From contig NW_021833784.1 in assembly GCF_006345805.1 (NCBI RefSeq), forward strand, positions 1 through 55,524: a DNA stretch of 55,524 nucleotides, in the 5' to 3' direction. Made by a program: the position numbers and the translations under genes. This document shows, one piece after another, positions 51,500 through 55,524 of this stretch (position 1 is the first letter of the stretch; each line of letters begins with the position of its first letter). This DNA is from Octopus sinensis (taxonomy: Eukaryota). The notes beneath the pieces were generated by a model that saw only the letters and a list, made by a program, of their open reading frames with translations, was not told the origin of the DNA and ran no database searches.

Positions 51500-53717
51500 T
51501 ATATAATGCAAGTTAATGTATTTCCAAGTTTATGTGCAAAATCCTAATTTTCACAGAAAATGCCTTTATTTGCATTGTTGAAGTCAACTGTTCGGATTCT
51601 TTGTGTGCAAATAACGAGTTCTAAATTTTTAGGGCATAAAAATTCGTCATTTTGTAGATTCCCTTAGGTACTGTTCTTTATAAATAACATCCATCAGGGT
51701 TTAAACATTTAGATTCGATTGAACAACGGAACGAAACTCTCTACCAGAATTCAATAGGATTTATGCATCCACTCAGCATTTTGTTTCATTGTACAGATTT
51801 TATTCAAGGCGATTGAATAATCGTTCTCATTAATTTCTCGAAATATTTGAGAAGAGGATGCATCTGATTTGGCAACTCTTCTTGCAGTTAGGAAAAGCAT
51901 TCAGGAGATTGTGTGATGGAACAGGTTCGAATGCTTTCTCAATGCCCCACGATAGACAAATATATCATTATTATTACACGAAGGCAATTATTTTTCATAC
52001 TGACATATCCAAAAGGAACGAAATTGAGCGAGTTTGCTAACATCTATCATACGAACGAAGGCAGCCAGTTCGAAGTTAAGGCTGGCACTTCTTAAATACT
52101 TCTCTAGAATACGGTTAACGAAAAATCTCACTAAAGATTTGTTGGTATTTGTTGTAGCGTTCTATTATTTGTTGAAACATTCTGGTATCGTTGAGGCTGC
52201 AGGATCCATACGTAGCGTGCAGTCGGTAGAACAAATCAGGACAGCTATCAAACGATGCACTGCATATTGTTGGGAACTCAAGCAACGCAGAGAACGACGG
52301 GGATGGAATCAATGGAATTCGGTTTGTACCAGCAGCCGCATTCTCAGTAATCATGAATATTTCTTTACCTAGAAGTCTTAATTTACTCTGACTAACAATT
52401 TGCTCAATTGATTGTGGAAGGTTTGGTAAATGGTGATTTCTTTCCAGACAACTCCCTTCGATTTTAAAGCGAATGGAAATCATAAATATTCGGGAAAAAA
52501 GTCTTCTGCAATGATATAATGGGAAATGGGACGTTTCTATTGAAGTTTTCTTATTATTTTGTTTTGTATTCAAAATGGTATTTCGGACTGTAGAACTAGG
52601 ATAATCGCAAAGAATTTCAAGAGTGATACCGCATTCGTTTTGCATGATAAAGTGTCCTCGATAACTTCTAACTTCATATCACCAGTAGTTTTTGAAATCA
52701 ATGCTTTTAGTCTTTGTTGTAAAAAAATCCATTATTGATACCTTAATTTACCCTTATTAATTACGTATAAATTCGATATCATGAACTTCAATAACAACAA
52801 TTGACTCGTGAATGCAATCACGGAATTAGTTAGGTGCGTTTATAGCCAGAGGGTGTTATTGTGACAGACATTTATAACGGACATTCATTGTAATCAAAAC
52901 CAGAATGCATGAATCAGCTACAGCAAATTCAACAGTTTTGGATATCATTTGACTATTTTTACCCAACGAAGATAATTTTCATCCAACTGGAAAATATTGA
53001 ACTAAAATATCGCCTTAAATGATCTGTTAGCTTCAATGCTTTGCACGAGTATTTCTAATCAATCGATGATCAGCGAGTGTTGGTGCTTTCTACAAGAAAA
53101 CGTAGTTATTGCTGGACACCTAATGTAATTAATACATTGAGGTGATAAAAATCGTTTCTAAAGTGGTTTTAATGGTGTTATTAATACCTCCAGGTCAGTG
53201 AGTTACTGTTGCCTCATGTCGGTATATGCTTGAGTATTCCTAAGGCAGTTTTATAGCAAACATTTTCTGGCATGATATACATTTCATGCAGCTTGTTGTT
53301 TATTTTAAACATCTTATATGTAGATAGGTAGATAGACACACATTTGTATGGGCGTGTGAGTGTATGTGTGTGAGCGTGGGAGAGAGAGAGAGAGAGGGGG
53401 GGGCGAGAGTCTATGTTTACGCTCTCGAATATGCAGTTGTATATATATGTTGTCGCTTTGTGACGCCTTGCACGGTGGTTGGAAAAATAGATATCGATAA
53501 AATATATAGCAGAGTGAAATACAAACTAGTATCAGTATGACCGTTTAAGAAATTAGGGATGGATGTCCCAGCTACAACGCACTCTAAGTGCCAACACTTG
53601 CAAATTCCTAAAACTAGCAACAAGATTGTACCTCTGAGAAGACGCATCCTTTTTCGATGTTAAAATCGATTGGGGGGTTAAAAAGCTAGTGTCAGTGTAT
53701 TCTACTTGTTAATGACA

Positions 53718-53718
<1 letters not shown>

Positions 53719-53748
<30 letters not shown>

Positions 53749-53837
53749 CTTCTTCTTCTTCTTCTTCTTCTTCTTCTTCTTCTTCTTCTTCTTCTTCTCT
53801 TCTTCTTCTTCTTCTTCTTCTTCTTCTTCTCCTCCTT

Positions 53838-53874
<37 letters not shown>

Positions 53875-53945
53875 CCCTTAATGTTGTTGATGCTGCTGCT
53901 GCTACTGTTGTTGCTGTTACTATTGTTGTTGTTGTTGTTGTTACT
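53719..53945 (+). repeat. (TTC)n, (CTA)n and (GTT)n microsatellite cluster
   Basis: Direct reading; further trinucleotide tracts at 55298-55524. Confidence 0.96.
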
Positions 53946-54500
53946 GAATTTCAAGCTTTTATTGTTGTTGTTGTCGTGTATATTCTCGATGTCGTCCCCT
54001 TTACACTTGTCGCTGTTGTTGTTTCGACCTGAGTCCCCCCCCCCATTCTTCCTATCGATCTCTTACCAAATGAATTTCATTTCTGATCATCCCTTCCCTT
54101 TCACACGTTTGATACGCGACATTATCACACACACCATTTCCATATTTGAGACGGTAAGTGTGATTTTATGTATATTAGTCTATTATTCCAAAGACTCCCT
54201 GCAAACAAACAGAACTTCCCTCGTTGCAAACCGATGAGTTTTTTATTGCTGTGGTTCATCTCCAAATCCGCTCTGGTTGGTAAGATCTACGATGTAAATT
54301 ACTCTACTCATGATCTACTCTACCTTCCCTTGAGCATTTCACATCTAGATGCCAACTACCCCGGGTAGTGGTGACGACTAGATTACACAATCCGCTATCA
54401 ACAGTTTAGCTTTTGCTTGTGCTGGCCATTATAACGATTTGTAACTGCGCTCTCAGACTCACTCTCTTTATCCCCTCATTTATATTCTCAGTAAGTTTAC

Positions 54501-54535
<35 letters not shown>

Positions 54536-55045
54536 CTCACTCCTTCTTTCAGTAGTAAGATTTATTATTATATAACATCGATTAAATTGAACCATTCGCA
54601 TGACTAGAACTGTTGACGAGAATAAAATGACTGAATCGTTTCACAGATTATTCCTTCACGATTTCAATGGCATTGGAGATATTCTGAAACCCAGCACACA
54701 ATGGCCATTCTTTTTAACATGATTAATCCACATCTAGAGAATACTAAATCGTTTTTTCGTGAGGTAATATCTCAGTTACATAAGTATTCCTATTAGTTAA
54801 AACAAAGTATCTATTGTTTATAATGCCTCAATAATTTTGGGGTATATTACAAGAGGCCCTGAGGAATTAAATGTTTTAATTATGGACACACGACAAACCT
54901 ATACAAATCTCTCGCACGCAACATTACGCTGCGAATACCACAAAGCAGTTTATCATTGACGATATCGCCTCTGTTAATCCACAAACGAACAATATAGAAA
55001 ATAATTACAATGTTTTATTCTCGGGACCATCAGAAACGTGAATCT

Positions 55046-55274
55046 AAAAGGCGGTGAGCTGGCAGAGACGTTAGCGCGCCGGGCGAAATGCTTAGTGGTA
55101 TTCGTCTGCCGTTACGTTCTAAGTTCAAATTCTACCGAGGTCGACTTTGCCTTTCATCCTTTCGGGGTTGATTAAATAAGTACCAGTTACGCACAGGGGT
55201 CGATGTAATCGACTTAATCTGTTTGTCCTTGTTTGTCTCCTCTGTGTATAGCTCTTGTGGGTAGTAAAGGAATA
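55046..55274 (+). mobile_element. SINE family B, full length
   Basis: AAGGCGGTGAGCTGGCAGA head; TSD AGAAAC(G/A)TGAATCT at 55032-55045 and 55275-55288. Confidence 0.92.
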
Positions 55275-55524
55275 AGAAACATGAATCTGAAACGGTACCA
55301 CCATCACCATGACATCACACCACCACTACCACCACCACTATCGCAGTATTACTATCGTTGTCGTCGTCATCTCAATCCTAATCATCATCATCATCAGCAG
55401 CAGCAGCAGCAACACCACCACTGCCACCATCATCATCGTCGTCGGCAGCTTCTTCTTCTCCTGCTTCTTTTTCTTCTTCTTCTTCTTCTTCTTCTTCTTT
55501 TCTTCTTCTTCTTCTTCTCTTCTT

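Noticed and set aside
51770-52650. 176-aa minus-strand ORF / LINE remnant (IIAEDF, GIEKAFEPV)
   Set aside because: Hints of decayed LINE motifs in different frames, too weak to call; not a recognisable host protein

Overview
Eukaryotic, very AT-rich, microsatellite-saturated non-coding DNA. The SINE families and repeat landscape look like an octopus (coleoid cephalopod) genome; this is inference from recognised repeat sequences, not a database result. I find no credible host protein-coding gene, rRNA, true tRNA or CRISPR array, and nearly all supplied ORFs are microsatellite artefacts or transposon debris. The window is a transposon graveyard. It holds at least four tRNA-derived SINE families (labelled A-D here), a near full-length APE+RT CR1/L2-type LINE nested in a SINE, and fragments of CR1, RTE, Tx1/L1 and Naiad-type Penelope-like elements (PLEs). 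It also holds Tc1 and mariner relics and hAT and mariner MITEs. The most interesting signals are a minimal hammerhead-ribozyme motif with related relics, a 78-bp inverted templated copy at a LINE 5' junction, a TSD-bounded chimeric insert with an unknown 5' head, a visible SINE/RTE-LINE shared tail, a mariner with ~170-bp inverted ends, and several repeat-free islands rich in homeodomain/RFX-like motifs that may be enhancers. I cannot support a claim of a wholly new biological system.
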